64,000 bases of DNA. Source: Chlorokybus atmophyticus (taxonomy: Eukaryota; Plantae; Mesostigma and Chlorokybus algae). The position numbers were made by a program, and so were the translations under genes. Shown here one piece after another: positions 11,935 through 25,467 of the stretch. How positions within the stretch are numbered: the first letter of the stretch is position 1; every line of letters starts with the position of its first letter. Where the stretch lies: assembly GCA_009103225.1 (NCBI GenBank), contig RHPI01000026.1:62001-126000 (forward strand). The letters are read 5' to 3'. The notes beneath the pieces were generated by a model, which made no database searches, was not told where the DNA came from, and saw only the letters and a program-made list of their open reading frames with translations.

Positions 11935-13765
11935 TTATACGCCGACAGCGGCCGCAACAGCCGGCCTACTGAGCTGAGGGTACAACCATGCGACAACCAT
12001 GCCCAGCAGGCTTCCCATGTACACTTGCAGCGGCGTGTGGCCCAGCAGCTCCTTCAGCTTCTTCTCACTGATTGGATGCCCATGGAAGAGGTCAGCGACG
12101 ATTGTGTTGAGCACCTGATGGAAAACAACACAGCGTGTTGACTACAAACCCCTTGCAGCCATATTTGTAATCACTACGACCGCCGACCTGGCGTACAGTC
12201 AAAAGACTAACAATGAATGCAGTACTCGTGACTATTGCCTTACCTCAGCTTGCTTGCCGGCATGCCAGCGCACATTGGCTGCATCATACATCACTATCAG
12301 GCTGAATGCCAAGCAAACGGGAAAGAGGGTGTCGTTGAGGCCGTTCATCAGCGCCACGGAGCTGACATACGCAGCCATACACTGTCAGATACAAAGGGAT
12401 ACAAGTGTATACACTGGTGGTTCTCCAGCTGCAGCAGTGTACAGTACTGAACCCAGCAACTCATGCTGATCGCATTACACAACAATATGAGTTGCGGTGC
12501 TGACCTGGTGACGCCCATTACAAGTGCAGAGTGCGAGGAGGGCATCCCCCCGGAGCTTGTGAGTGCAGTGAAATCCCACTTGCCTTCCTTGTAAAGATGT
12601 GTGAACACTTTGAGCACCTGTAACACAAGTGTGATTGAATACCTGTATCACATACCCCACAACTGGGTGATTGTTTCTTGATCAGCAACATGCAAGTACG
12701 CTTATGCTGGCAGGTTATTGGAACTACACTCCTTCTTGATCAGCAACATGCAAGTACGCTTATGCTGGCAGGTTATTGGAACTACACTCCTTCTGGACTG
12801 TTGCACTTCTCTGCAGTATGAACGTATCAAACATACATGCTAATCCACAACACACATGCAATGCACTCTCCAAGTCTAATCAATAACAGCAGTGAAAGAC
12901 GCGAAAGCCACCCTATGATCGAATCTGGCAGCCGATCAACAATTTGGAGTTGCCTCAGCATGCCGACCCACAAACCTATGGCTCAGCAGCAATGCTTCCT
13001 GTAACTGACATGCGGCCAATCTTACTAAATGGCAGCGACAACTTAATGCAATGGAAGTTGCTTTACCTGTGCTATTGACCATGCCCACAAAGCTGCCATG
13101 AACGCCTGGTTGCGCCTCAAGTCTGCGACGGCAACCGTCAGCGCGGGTCCGATGCTTTCAACCGGGGGCACTGTCACCAACGCCGAGAGCACAAGCCCGG
13201 ATGAAGTGCCTTGCGCAATCGTTGAACGCCAATTGCGCAGCGTCGCATGTAATCTACTTGACCTCCAGCCTGCCAACAACACGGCATACAGCTTTGGTGT
13301 TACACACGTCATATAAACAGCCACATGAGCTGCAACTGCCATTGTGTAACATCCTACAACTAGCAACAGTAACCAAACTGGTTGATCGGCAACACGATGG
13401 CTATGTCATTAGGCACATATACCGAGGATCACAGTGGCGACTGCCTCGTTGTGACACAACAACAGCCTGTCCTGCTGAGTGGGTGCAGAACACACTACGT
13501 GGCATTCACCTTCATGCTGCGACAGCCATCGCGTGACAATCTTCCCGCCCACCCTCGCTGCCAATACCCCCAGCAAAACCACCTCAGGTGCGGGCAGCTG
13601 GCAGCAGCACAGCGCTCCGCCTCCCCGCTGCTTGCGCCCACCTGCAGCTTCACCACCCTGTGGCCGTCCCTGCCTCTGAGACCCCGCGTCTCGCTGCTCC
13701 AGCTGCGTCGGTCGAGCGAGCCTCAACCCTGCCGACTGCGGCAGCGCCGCCACCCCCGCCACCAT
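11935..13765 (-). CDS. DUF212 acid phosphatase/vanadium-dependent haloperoxidase-related membrane protein, probably plastid-targeted
   Basis: Spliced motifs: NQAFMAALWAWSIAQ|VLKVFTHLYKEGKWDFTALTSSGGMPSSHSAL|CMAAYVSSVALMNGLNDTLFPVCLAFSLIVMYDAANVRWHAGKQAE|VLNTIVADLFHGHPISEKKLKELLGHTPLQV. Confidence 0.92.
12675..12794. repeat. Perfect 58-bp tandem duplication inside a DUF212 intron
   Basis: ttcttgatcagcaacatgcaagtacgcttatgctggcaggttattggaactacactcc occurs twice in tandem. Confidence 0.9.
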
Positions 13766-14113
13766 CCCCGCCACGCCCGCCGCCGCCGCCTCGTCCGCCA
13801 CTGCCTCTACCACTCCTGCCAGCCAACACCACAGTATAACCAAACGGCGTAACCAGCAGTTACAACAGTTTCGTTAGTGCAGCCTGGATGCGCGGCACAT
13901 AACGGGAACGGGTTTCAGCACTACTATGCCAGTTAAAGGATTCCACGCTTCCACGGGATTCCTATCCAGGAGCGAAAATGGCAAGCGATACTTGAGTTGG
14001 CTCCTGCTTCACCTACCAAAATTTGCGACACTTTCTTGGCTTCCCTACGGCTTCTGCATTGCAAGTGACTTGTCTAAGATAATTTACTCTATGTGATCTG
14101 CTTTGTGGCCAGC

Positions 14114-15174
14114 ATGGCGGCGGCAGCGGCAGGGGTGTCTGTTGGGGTGAGCGTGCTGCCTGTTAGGTGCACAGCTCCGCGTCAAGTAGCTGGACGTGCT
14201 GCTTGTCGGAGGACGGTGCCAGCTGGTGGCATCGGGTTGAGCAAGAGGCCGAGCCAGCGGCTGGGCGGCCGTCGCCTCACCGTGTTTGCTCAGCACACTG
14301 GCAATGAACAGAAGCCAGCAGAAACCACCCCAAAGCCACCGGTATTGTGTCTGTCTTGCGCTCGCATACCTGTCCTTGCAGCCAGGTGGTGCTGTGTTTG
14401 ACCGCCCAGTGGTTAGCAGTGCATTCTGGTCTTAGTCTCCAGGCTCCACCCGGCTCATTCAAGTTAGCTGCTTGGTGCCAGTATTTATCAACGCAGTTTG
14501 CATGTACAACAGTATGCTCACCATTGAGCATCTCGGTTGAACCGTTCACCAGGCTGGAGGCTCAGTTGCGGTCGTTGTTGTGCATGGGTGTGCAAGTCTG
14601 TTGCATGCACACTTTCAGTTGCCAAGCATGCAAGCAGGCTTGCAGCACAGCTAAACAAGGAAGCACCTAGTTGTTTCACGCACAAGTCTGGCATCATGAA
14701 AATGGCAGCTGAGCGTGTGCAGGCAATACTACTTGTCGTTGCATACGCCCACGGGAGAGTGTCTTGCTGTGATCTCAGGCAAAGGAGGAGGACCTGCCAT
14801 GGGTGAGGAGTGAGAACAAGAAGGAGCAGCAAGGGGGATTCAAGGTCCCCTACCCAGTTTATCTGTTGGGATCGGTGATTGTTGCGATTGCTGCGGTTGG
14901 GTCTATCTACGAGTGGGCCTACAAGAACCCAGTGTTTGGCGTGCTGTACCCAGACAGCCCGCTCTACAATGTTGTGCTCGGCATTTTCGTCTTCACAGGC
15001 TTCCCCTCGGCGGTATGTTTTGATTTTGTGTTGACTTCACGCTGGGATGTTGTTGTTTATGTATAACTTGTTGTTTATCGAGTGCTGCATGCACAGGGTT
15101 TCTTGTGGTGGAAAGCTGCGAAAGCAGCAAATGAGATGGCGGATGAACAGGATCGGGAGGATGGTTACTATTAG
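14114..15174 (+). CDS. Small plastid-targeted two-TM membrane protein of unknown function, of a conserved plant type
   Basis: Transit-like exon 1 (MAAAAAGVSVGVSVLPVRC...), then VPYPVYLLGSVIVAIAAVGSIYEWAYKNPVFGVLYPDSPLYNVVLGIFVFTGFPSA|GFLWWKAAKAANEMADEQDREDGYY*. Three exons, in phase. Confidence 0.82.
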
Positions 15175-16078
15175 ACAATTTTGTCGTTGGTATTGTAGGC
15201 CATGCATGTAAGTCCATGCATCAGTTGTGCTTATGCATAATGCGCACTGTATATATTCCAAAAAAGTTGTGCCGAATTGTGCAGCAAGTATCTGCATACA
15301 GCATGGGGACTCCAAATCTTGAGGCATTGTACAGAGACAGCAGAGGGACACTGTTTGTTTGCAGTCACTCTAGCAAGCATGCAGCCTGGAAATAGTGCTC
15401 GTAAATATTAGCCATAACGCATACTGCATTGATTGCATAGCGGCTAAATTAGAACACACCGAGGTGACGTACAGTGTCGACGAAAGGTTGTCAGATTGTA
15501 CACATAGCCCGGTAATGGTCATGAACGTTGCTGTGTACAGCATATGCAAGCGATGTATGCAAGAAGCATGGCACATGCACGAACACAACACTTGTAGTAA
15601 GTGTTGTGTAACTACAACCTCACATGCGTCACAACATGCATGACCGATGCTTGTGACACTACGCATGCAATCCTACCAGCATACCATCTTTTGTACACTC
15701 TCACCTCAATCACGACACGACATGCGTGTCTACTGCTCTGCTGTGCTTGTCCATTCATTGCTATACCCTATTGTGCCAAGCATGACAAGCATGACGCATC
15801 TGTAACTCACCATCACATAACACACACAGTGCTCGGACCATGTTTTGAAAACCCTGGTGTGAGCCTGAGCCTCTGCAACAGCTTATTAACAGGGTAGCAA
15901 ATTCACAAGGATGCTGAGTTGATAAGGGAATTTGCCTAGTACTAGAGACGTTACACGGAGCTACGAGCTAAACTAATGCAATGGCTCCTGCTGGAAACAA
16001 GTGATTAACTTGCTGTACACAATAACAATGCAGGACACCCGCAAGTAGAGTCTCCCGCCACCCGCTGCGGCGCGCATG

Positions 16079-16974
16079 CTACACAGCAGGATACCCTTTC
16101 ACGGGCATGCCATCTTCGTATCTTGGTGGCGGTGGAAAGCCTTGTGAAGGCCCCGCTTGTGACGAGGACGGCACAGTAGTATAGTACAGTGGCCGCAGTG
16201 GGAGCTGCTGCACGGGCTGTGCTTGCGGTGCTGCTTGCGCGGGCACATCATCACGCCGCATGGGCACTGCGACTGGCGGGGGCACAACAGCCACGAGTGG
16301 ACGCTGCATTGCGCCTGTACCTACAGCTCCATGCACCTAAGGGTTTGATTGAGTTCAGCGAGCAGCATGCAAGCCTGAAACACACCACTGGTGAGGTGTA
16401 TATTGTACCTTCAATTCATTTGCAATTTGGCACTGCGAGCACCAGCAGCAGCACCAGTCTATGCAGAAGTCATCACCAGAGGCGGCAATAATTTGGTATT
16501 TGCTGCGCACGCTGGTGCGGTATGGAGTTGAGCAGATGCAATGCAAGCACCTGAGAAGGGTTTCAACTTTTAGTCGTATAGTGCAAGGGTAAATCGCTGT
16601 CACAGGCAGGCTGCCTGCTTACATTGTGCTCAGGAAGCAGCAGCCCAAAGTTGCTCCGCAGCATGGTGTGCCGTTGATGACCTCAGCATTGCGTCCAAAC
16701 AGGATGCACGGGCACCACAGCCCAAGGCAACACTGCCACCAACTGAATGGGTGAGTGCAACAATCGCATGGAGTTCAACTCATATCAAACAATGTGCAAC
16801 AAACATTTGCCAACACACATGAGAACAGTAGAAGACTGGCATCGGATGTGGCTTGCAAACCCTACGTACCACACGAGGTCCGGCACTGCAGCAACTGCAC
16901 AAGCCTGCGTCCCAACTTCCAGGGAGGGGCCCGACTGGTGCTGGCGCGTGCTTTACAATCACAGGCTTCGTCAT
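16079..16974 (-). CDS. PLAC8-family cysteine-rich protein with a Pro-rich tail
   Basis: WDAGLCSCC...CCLGLWCPCILFGRNAE...RTSVRSKYQI...DFCIDWCCCWCSQCQIANELK is the PLAC8 signature; four in-phase coding exons. Confidence 0.92.
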
Positions 16975-18348
16975 TCTGCAGAAAAGTTGCCGGCATTATC
17001 AGCATTGACCAGACGCAGCCTTTCGAAGATGCATGCCTGCCAATCTGCCGGCAACTCAGGCATGGCGCTGCTTGCTGCTATGCAGTATACAAAATCTAAC
17101 CGAATAGGGGACCAACATGGTGATGCATGCACCCAGCTTTGCTCATTAAATTCAACAAAACACCATTTTCCCGAGCATCCTTGCTTAGCAGGTTGCATTA
17201 GCTGCAACTACTGTCACAACATGCAGTTGGCATGCTTTTACGCTGGCTTCAGCTACGTACAATCTTACCAGACTAGATTGCGTGCAGCGTCGATCTTCAA
17301 CTGCACACTCACTGGAAGCCTGCAAACAAGCAGCTTCTCTGCCTGCACCTGGCACCTGTGGCAACCTTGCACGCGTCCTTTCTCCTACTGCAGAGCGGCC
17401 ACTGCTGGCAAGCACAACGCCGTTATGCTCACTGCTCACTTGCAGCTTACACGCCTTGCAGGAGCGCTAACCAATGGACGCTCAAATAGACGGAGCCACA
17501 GTGACTTTCTCTCGCCTCGCTCCACCGCCACCACCGCAGCTGCCGCTCGGCCAGACGAGCACAGAGATTAAGCGCAGAGGTGAGTGCAGGTTTGGTCTGG
17601 TGCAAGTTGAACCTCGCAGGGACTCACTGCCGTGGCAGAAGTGGCAGAAAATTGCCACGGTGGCAATTTGATAAAGTCTGCCCCCGTTAAGAGACTTTGC
17701 TCCAAGGATATCACCCCGTTTATGGCATAACAAATGAGATCACCACGTGACATAAGCGAAAGTTGATGGTCAAGCGAAAGTTCTTGATGTGAAGAGGCTC
17801 ACAATATGATGAGAGTTGCGGTTACATCTTGTTTGCAACATATGGATAAAATTCTCTTGCCTTCTATGTGATACATGCGCGTCATCAATGTAAGACGTTT
17901 CAACATTTACATAAGCAAACATTTGCTTAAATTCACATGCAACTCTGTTTTTTATCGACTGTCACGAAGTGAGCATCCATCCAGCGGCATTAGACAAGAA
18001 AGCTTAAATCTCAAAGCCACTTAAGTCCGTAAGGCCACGTTTTTAACAACGTAATGTTACAGCGATTGGCTTATAAATTTGCAAATGCGATTGTTCAAAC
18101 ACGTTACACAAATGCGTTATCATGCAGTTAAATATAAAAAACATTTATGTGTCGGAGTTCAACTAAAAACAATAAATTGCAACATATTTAGATCATAATC
18201 AACGTGGTACTAGATTACAAATACAACAATTGCATTTTGCATGATTATAGGGTAAATTGGGCTTGGTATTTCACTTTAATGAGCGCAGATTAAAAATCTT
18301 TGCATTTATAAATGCCTTCAAAGCACCTCGTTAAAAAAGTGTGATTAT

Positions 18349-18351
<3 letters not shown>

Positions 18352-18413
<62 letters not shown>
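18352..18413. repeat. (CT)31 microsatellite in AT-rich intergenic DNA
   Basis: Read directly from the sequence. Confidence 0.97.
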
Positions 18414-18414
<1 letters not shown>

Positions 18415-19177
18415 ACATAATCAAGTAAATTGATGTACTCGTTAAAAAGATTCCGATAATAAGCAAACAAAGGCATAAGCTATTTTATTTATGATTGCAT
18501 ATACACCATACATTGAAGCTAATTTATTACAATATATGGTGTCCAGTACGTCCCATGCATAGCATGCAATGTCCACATTCCACAAGCGCATACACACAAG
18601 CACACAGCAGAGCTATGCAGCAAAAGTAAGGCCGGGCATCCACTAGTTAGCTGGTTAGCTAGTAGTGAACACTATATGCCATAGCTAAGTGCTTGTGTGC
18701 GGAGGGGATGGGAGGTGTCGTCGATCAGACAATGTAGCAGGCAAGCAAAAGCTACCTGGTGTGCACAGCCGCTGGTTAGCAGAGGTTGTCATAGGGAGCA
18801 GCCAGAGTATCCAAAGCAGCAACAGCACAGCAAGGCAGGTAAAGTCAGCGGGTGGGGCGGATGTGGTGCAGTGCTGCAATGTGTAAGTGGCGCCGCCTGT
18901 AGGTGTTTCCCCCGCGCTGGTGCTTGTATAAGACTGGTTTGCTGCTAGGTAAAGTGGCTGCAGGCAAAAGCAATGTCAACTATGGTAGCTTTGTAATGTA
19001 GGTCAATTAGATCAGGTCGGCACCAACAAGTAGCCAGCCCAATAATATCTCAGCAACATAAGTGCTAGGCCATGACCGACAATTGGTCCAGCACAGCAAG
19101 CATAGGCAACACACACGACACAGTGTATGTGGGCAGCAAGCTGTGCCCCACACGTGGGGTAGTACACTTACCTGTAC

Positions 19178-20950
19178 CTACCTGTTTTTTAATGATGCAC
19201 ACCGTCGTGCCATTAACATGTAGAGTCGTTTGTAGGACACGCCATAAGTTTCGCCTTGCATCCTGTACATCTTTGCACATAGCTTAGCCAGTAAGGAATC
19301 CATAGCGTAACCATATGACTGCACGTCCCATAGCAAATGTACCATTTCAATAATGAAGTGCTCACGCAAAGTGTATATGCGTGTAAACCTCACGAATGAT
19401 GAAACAACCATACTTAGTTTTGCGAACTTGGCAGTGATTCTGTCCGGGTGGGGTGCTCTGCGACTTGAAAGAATGAACCGAAATGGGGCAGTGTTGAGCT
19501 TATTGTACACACGCGTGCACAACTTAACAACTGGTGACTGAAACACAAGTAAGTCCTCGAAAAGAATACTGACACCACGTGCAGCCTCTGTTGGTGTCAG
19601 CATGTGCCTTGGGGAAATGCCACCACATGGTGCTGCTGGGTCAAGATACATGCAAGCAGTCATTTCAGGCAAGTTCATCACAAACAAGTCATCAACATAC
19701 CGCAACACGCTACGTGCAAACCAAAGCGCCAGAGGTTTTCGTCCCGCCGCGTATAGTTTGTGCGCAAAGTTCAACTCGTATGTTAGCAGGTCGTACTGAG
19801 CAATATATACCCCGACTTTATTGCCCATGCGGTATACCAATGACCTGACGGTGCAACTAAGCTTTGATTGTTTCCACAAACATGTTAGCAATTATTATTG
19901 CTACCTGTTTGTACCTCGGAGGTACTCAAGCATGGCATTCAAGCCGCTGTGAACACCCACATAATGCCTTCCCTCGTTACTGTTATACCCCTCACCCAGG
20001 TGTGGGTGACGATGCCTTCCTGAATGTTGATATGCAAGTGTATCTTACGGTGTGAACGATGCACGCAATTAAACACTCTGTTAACCAATGACTTCATGCT
20101 CACCATCAAATTAATATGCGCCAGGTTAGTGTATAACGTTGTTACATTTTAATGATTGCAGCATGAGGTGCTCACGCTTTTGTTGTGGGGTCCTCCTCGT
20201 GTTGATGTGCAATTGAAGCCGGGCAAAGCCTAGGGAGGCCTTCGATATCCAGCTTTGCAGCTGCTCCCCCAGCGCCTCACTCACTCGAAAACACAACAAT
20301 GATATCAGTCATACTCTTGTACGACCTCGTCAGCAAGATAAATGCATCAGCCAAGGTCATAGCGCAAGCAGCGGCAATTGAACGTGGCTTAAGAGGACTC
20401 CTGTGCAATTTGATAGTTATGTACAACTGCGGCACCCCCTCTTTAGTTGAAACAAAAGCCATGCGCGATGTTGTAAGCTTGGTGTCGGCCCAGCACGTCC
20501 TATATTGTGTCATGTCAAATTTTTGTATAATATATATTTAATATTAATAATAGTGCAATAACACTTGCTTTTTATGCACCGATCGTAATCATTCATACTA
20601 GTGCCCCGAAGCTTGCTTTACTTGCAATAAATCTGTAAACAATAGTGCCATAAAGCTTGCTTTGGTTGAAACAATGACATTGGCAAAAGCTGGTCCTGGA
20701 ACCCACCTAGTACCTGAGACTCCTTCCGGGAGCAGGACTAAGTACCTGATATTTTCATCCTCTTCCGTTTGGACAAAAGCAGGGTGTCCTGTGCTTCAAA
20801 CCTGGGTGAGCCCTCGTCCTAGGACTCGTAGGTCTGTCCTTTCAGAATCAGTGAAGTCATGCGTAAAAAGGGCCACTCGGGCAGTGGGATGGATTCCAAG
20901 ATGCAAATTTCAACCAACGCATGCCCGTGCGTCACTTTCCGTGACGTCCG
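19178..20950 (-). mobile_element. Degenerate Penelope-like retroelement reverse transcriptase (Naiad/Chlamys-like), broken by stops and frameshifts
   Basis: In order on the minus strand: HGHA...SLILKGQTY; VPQLYITIKLHRSPLKPRSIAAA; NVTTLYTNLAH (decayed DxxxLYT); MGNKVGVYIAQYDLLTYELNF (decayed GIPMG...ANL..YE); VLRYVDDLF; then a thumb region ending at a stop with no C-terminal GIY-YIG. Confidence 0.8.
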
Positions 20951-21638
20951 CGTCCGAACAGCAGACAGTCAGTGGGGCAAGGAATCCAGCATCTCTCGCT
21001 GACAGCTTTTGAAAGTTCAGACGGGCGGCGGGATCGCGATAAACACTTTCAAGCCCAGGACGCGGCCGTAAAACTGCCAATCCCCGCGGATATCAATCCC
21101 TCGCCGGGTTACTCTTGCCACGATACAACCAACGTCACCGACTGCGCTTTGACCGAGGAAGTTGCCAGGTTGACGCATCGCCACGGCAGCTTTCGCGGTC
21201 GCGAGACATTACCGCCGTTGGATATACATCACACGGCTGGACTGCTTCCACGGCCACGCTACAGTGACTAGCATCCGTTTGCGCGTGCGCGTCAGCAGAC
21301 AGCGCGGCCTGTTGATATCGCACTGGCGCCCGATATCAGCAGTAGAATGCTCCTTTGCAGATTCTTGTGTCCTTGTGATGCTTCGAAGGAATTTGGCGGG
21401 TGCAGCATCCAGCTGAGGCGGCGGTACAGGCGGCAGCGTCGTGGAGGTCGTTGGGGTGGTTGGCGCGGGAATCTGCTTGTTGCGTGACAGTTGATCAGTT
21501 GAGAGGCAGCGTAATTCGAAGCCTTCCCGCCATACGGCATGCTATGTGGGTTGGGGGTGCCACGTGTGAGCGCAGCTGGTAGCAGCGGACTGCCCTTGTG
21601 CTGGAAGCTACCTTTGAGCGTGGGCGGCGGTGGGGCAA

Positions 21639-24600
21639 ATGGCGTGCGCTGCGGTGGCGGCGGCGGTGGATGTGGGGCACTGGGTTCAGGGAGGTTTGTC
21701 AAAGGAGGCTGCTGGAGCGAGCAAGGGTGGCTTGGGACCGACGTTTGTAGGTAGGAGGGCTAAGCGGCCAGCCAGGGCAAGGCGATCTGCCACTTGGCGC
21801 TCAACGGCACTGCCGGCATTGGCAGCCGCCGCTGCTGGACCGGCTGGTACAGGTGGCGGGCCTCCTCTTCCTCAGCCTCGCCCTCCTCGAGCGCATGTCC
21901 GACAGGTTGGTTGATGCTTGCATACAATGTACCAGTATGCGATCTTCCACCGGCATGCACAGTGAAATAGTCAGCCCACCTGCGATTGCCACCCCTCACC
22001 ATGCCATGCTTCACGATCTAGCATGTCTTGCTGGGCACGCTATTGCACAGCTAGCGATGATCATCTCGCGCTTTAACCCAGAACAGGCACACAGGCAAAC
22101 AGATGTGTGTGGGGCACACTCAACAGTCATTGTTTCCTTTGGGTTGATGCATCGACATTAGTGCTGACGATCTAGCATGCCTTGCTCCGCGAATCAGCCA
22201 TTATGTCCAGTTTGCTGACACCAGGTGTATGTTCTGCACGCCACTGCATGATGTGTGAGCAACGGACAGTTTTCACGCTGGGCTTGTTGCTGAAGGTCTG
22301 CACTGAGTTACAAGACAATAATAGGATTGCAAACTCGTACCGTGTGCTAGCGTCAGCAGCTTGTAGCTGTTGCAACTGTGCATACTTCGTCAGGTCGCTA
22401 CCAATGGCACAGAGTTGATAGCGTATGCTGAGGATCCAAGCGATGATGAAGGTGCAGCCGCTTGGCATCACAACAGTGCTGCCGTTGGCATCGAGGTGGA
22501 GGTGACTGTCGATGAGGAGGAAGGGGACCTTGCTCCTGCTTCCATTAGCAAGACGACGACTTCAGCTACCTTCGCTGTACCAGTAGCCAGCGGCTTCAAC
22601 AACAAGGTAGTTTCACGTTGGTTGGAGACCCACAGGGTGATTGCAGTGGTAGTGAGCTGATGTTGTCTTCAGCGTTAAGTGTCAGCTTGCGCCTCATACC
22701 GCAATCTCCTGGCAAGCGAAGTATTCTTATAGGCTGTAGTCATTCAACATCCAGGCTGTTATTGTATGCTGCATTGTTCCAACTGCAGGCAGTTCAAGCA
22801 TTGTCGCAATTGGGGCAAGTTCTAATCGCAAGCACTCATGATTGCATTTCGCACAGTCAGCAGGACTGCACTGGTTCACAAGTAGTTTATGTATGTCTTT
22901 TGGTATACTTACAGGAGCTGCGCAAGCTGTTGAAGTTGCTGCCATTGGAAGTGCGTCAACGCCTTGACAATCATCCTGATTTGGAGGAACTGATTGAGGT
23001 ACAGTACATGTTCATTATTATTCAAAACGCAGCATATTATGTGCTCATACCTACATACTTTGCGTAGATTGTTTTGGACTTGGGAAGGCAGCCCATTGCA
23101 AGGTTTCCCAGTGGTGATGAAGTTCTCGGGAACAACCCTGTAACACTACAAGACCTGCAGTATGCGATTGAGAAGGTGAGGCTTGCTGCTACTGGCATGA
23201 CGCTCCTGTTTATTGCCAAATGTGGAAAATGCGGTGCATGCCTGACCTTGAGCTGCATGTGGTAGGTTGGCGACTTTGGGGAGGACAATAGGGCAGGCAT
23301 TGATAGAACGCTGCATCGCATTAGTGCTATTCGGAATAGGCGGGGACGGGTAGTGGGGCTAACATGCAGAGTAGGCCGAGCGATCAAGGGCTCTGCTGCA
23401 ATGGTCCGTGACCTTGTTGAAACTGGCTCCTCGCTGCTGCTTATGGGCAGACCAGGTTTGTGGTGTTGTCACAACGAGACAGAGACACACAGACATGTGA
23501 GGGTCCCAAACCCACCAGTTGTACTTGGTATTGGCAGGTGTGGGCAAGACAACAGCCATCCGTGAAATTGCTCGCTTGCTAGCAGATGACTATGGACGAC
23601 GCGTTGTCATCGTTGACACCTCAAATGAGATTGGTGGAGATGGTGATATTCCTCATCCTGGCGTGGGGCGAGCTCGACGCATGCAGGTGACCATCTCATT
23701 GCCAGCCATAGCGCTTAGTGGCATGTCTGTAGCTATAGCATTGCGGTGCTATCGCTTGCTATCAAGGTGTTGTTGTGATGCTGACCTAAAGTTACATGTC
23801 ATGCGTACAGGTTCCCTCACCTGAGCTGCAGCACCAGGTCATGATAGAAGCTGTTGAGAACCACATGCCACAGGTACTGCACATCCCTGCACCACCACCA
23901 CCACCAAACAGCACCATGTCCCGCGCACCAGTTCTTCACACACAATGTTTTTCTCCAATCAGGTCATTGTTATCGATGAGATTGGCACGGAATTGGAGTG
24001 CCTGGCTGCACGAACAATTGCACAGCGAGGTGTGCAGCTGGTAGCCACTGCACATGGAAACACCATAGATAACCTGATCAAGAACCCCTCCCTGCAAGAC
24101 CTCGTTGGTGGCATTGCGTAAGTCGTTTTTGCCCGTGTTGCATTGCTCAAGGTCTTCTACTCATACCTTGACACAAGGCGTGGCATTGCAGGAGTGTCAC
24201 TCTTGGCGATGAGGAAGCGCGCAGGAGAGGTGTACAAAAGAGTGTGTTGGAGCGAAAGGCTCCGCCAACTTTCACTTGCGCAGTTGAGATGATAGAAACA
24301 AAGAGCTGGAGGGTGCACACCAGTGTTGCGCAAACTGTTGATTCGCTTCTCAGCAGCAATATCCCGAGAGTGGAGGTACTTGCACTCGCATTCTCAGTGG
24401 CAGCTGCCACGTTCATCTGCCTTGCTGTAGGTCATATGCAATCTGCTTCTGATGTAAGGAACAACGTGTACTCCGCATTGATGTGAGTTCATTGGTGCAC
24501 CCATGGAGGGGCAGGGGAAAATTGACATCTCAGATTGACTGAGCTGCATACTTGGGCTGTGATACTCATGGTGTATGGTTGCAGGTCCGTACCATGACAG

Positions 24601-25467
24601 ATGATAATAACATCACAGTATCCAATGAAGATTGGATGCCATGGGATGGGCTGAAGGATGCAGAGCGGCTGAACGGACGCTTGACCAGCAGCTTGAGTGG
24701 CAGGCTAAGCGCATATAGCCCTGGCAGGGAGTTTTCCGCACCTGCTGCACCACCTGCTGCAGACATTCCTCGTCCTAATGGCGTGGCGCCCCCAGCCTTG
24801 CAGTTGTTCACTTATTCTATCAGTGAAGAAGCGCTTGAGCAGGTGTGCTCAATTATGTACATGCTGCAAAGCTTGTGCATGCATACGATGTAGTGTGCCA
24901 TAGCACGCCATGACTGTTCTTAGCGTGGACATTGTTCAGGTGGTTGACGCTCTTGGCATGGGAGACGCTATCTGCTTGACCGATGATATCAACTCGGCAG
25001 ATGCTGTCCTGGCCTTGCGCTCCAGATTAAGGCAGAACACATGGGTTAGGGAGACTGCCAGGGAGAGGTCGCTGCCAATCTACGCAATCAAGGCCAACAC
25101 GATGGCGCAGATGGTTCGCGCAGTGCGAACAATTCTAGGCATTGACCCGTCTGCAGGCAGTGCGTTTGGGTCTTCTACAGATTCGCCGCTGGTCCCAAGG
25201 GCTACTGCAGAGGATGAGATTGATGCCTTGGAGGAGGCGCGCCTCGTTGTCGAGCAGATAGTCATTCCCAAAAGCCAGCCTGCTGAGCTGTTGCCGAGGT
25301 CGCAGGAGATAATGCACCTGCAAATGAAGCTTGTTGAGGGCTACCAGCTTCGGTGTGAGCTTTGCGGACATGAGCCCAACTGCAGACTGCGGATTCTGCC
25401 AGCATTTGAGCAAGTGAATGGCGTGCATGGCGGTGCTGTCTCTGATGCACAGGGCGTTGGTGCCTAG
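21639..25467 (+). CDS. SPD1: Ycf45/SpoIIIAA-like plastid AAA ATPase, SPD1-type
   Basis: [49 protein letters not shown], Walker A GRPG|[21 protein letters not shown], Walker B VIVIDEIG, and C-terminal [15 protein letters not shown]...ELLPRS; N-terminal transit-like exon. Confidence 0.88.

Noticed and set aside
16747-17571. 274-aa plus-strand ORF
   Set aside because: It is antisense to PLAC8 exon 1 and its leader, has no domain, and its composition matches intronic background.
20290-20345. Hammerhead-like CTGACGA followed by an 8-bp stem on the minus strand inside the Penelope-like element
   Set aside because: It is followed by GATA rather than GAAA, has no stems I or III, and lies inside RT coding sequence. 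I found no intact hammerhead core at 18.4-21.4 kb.
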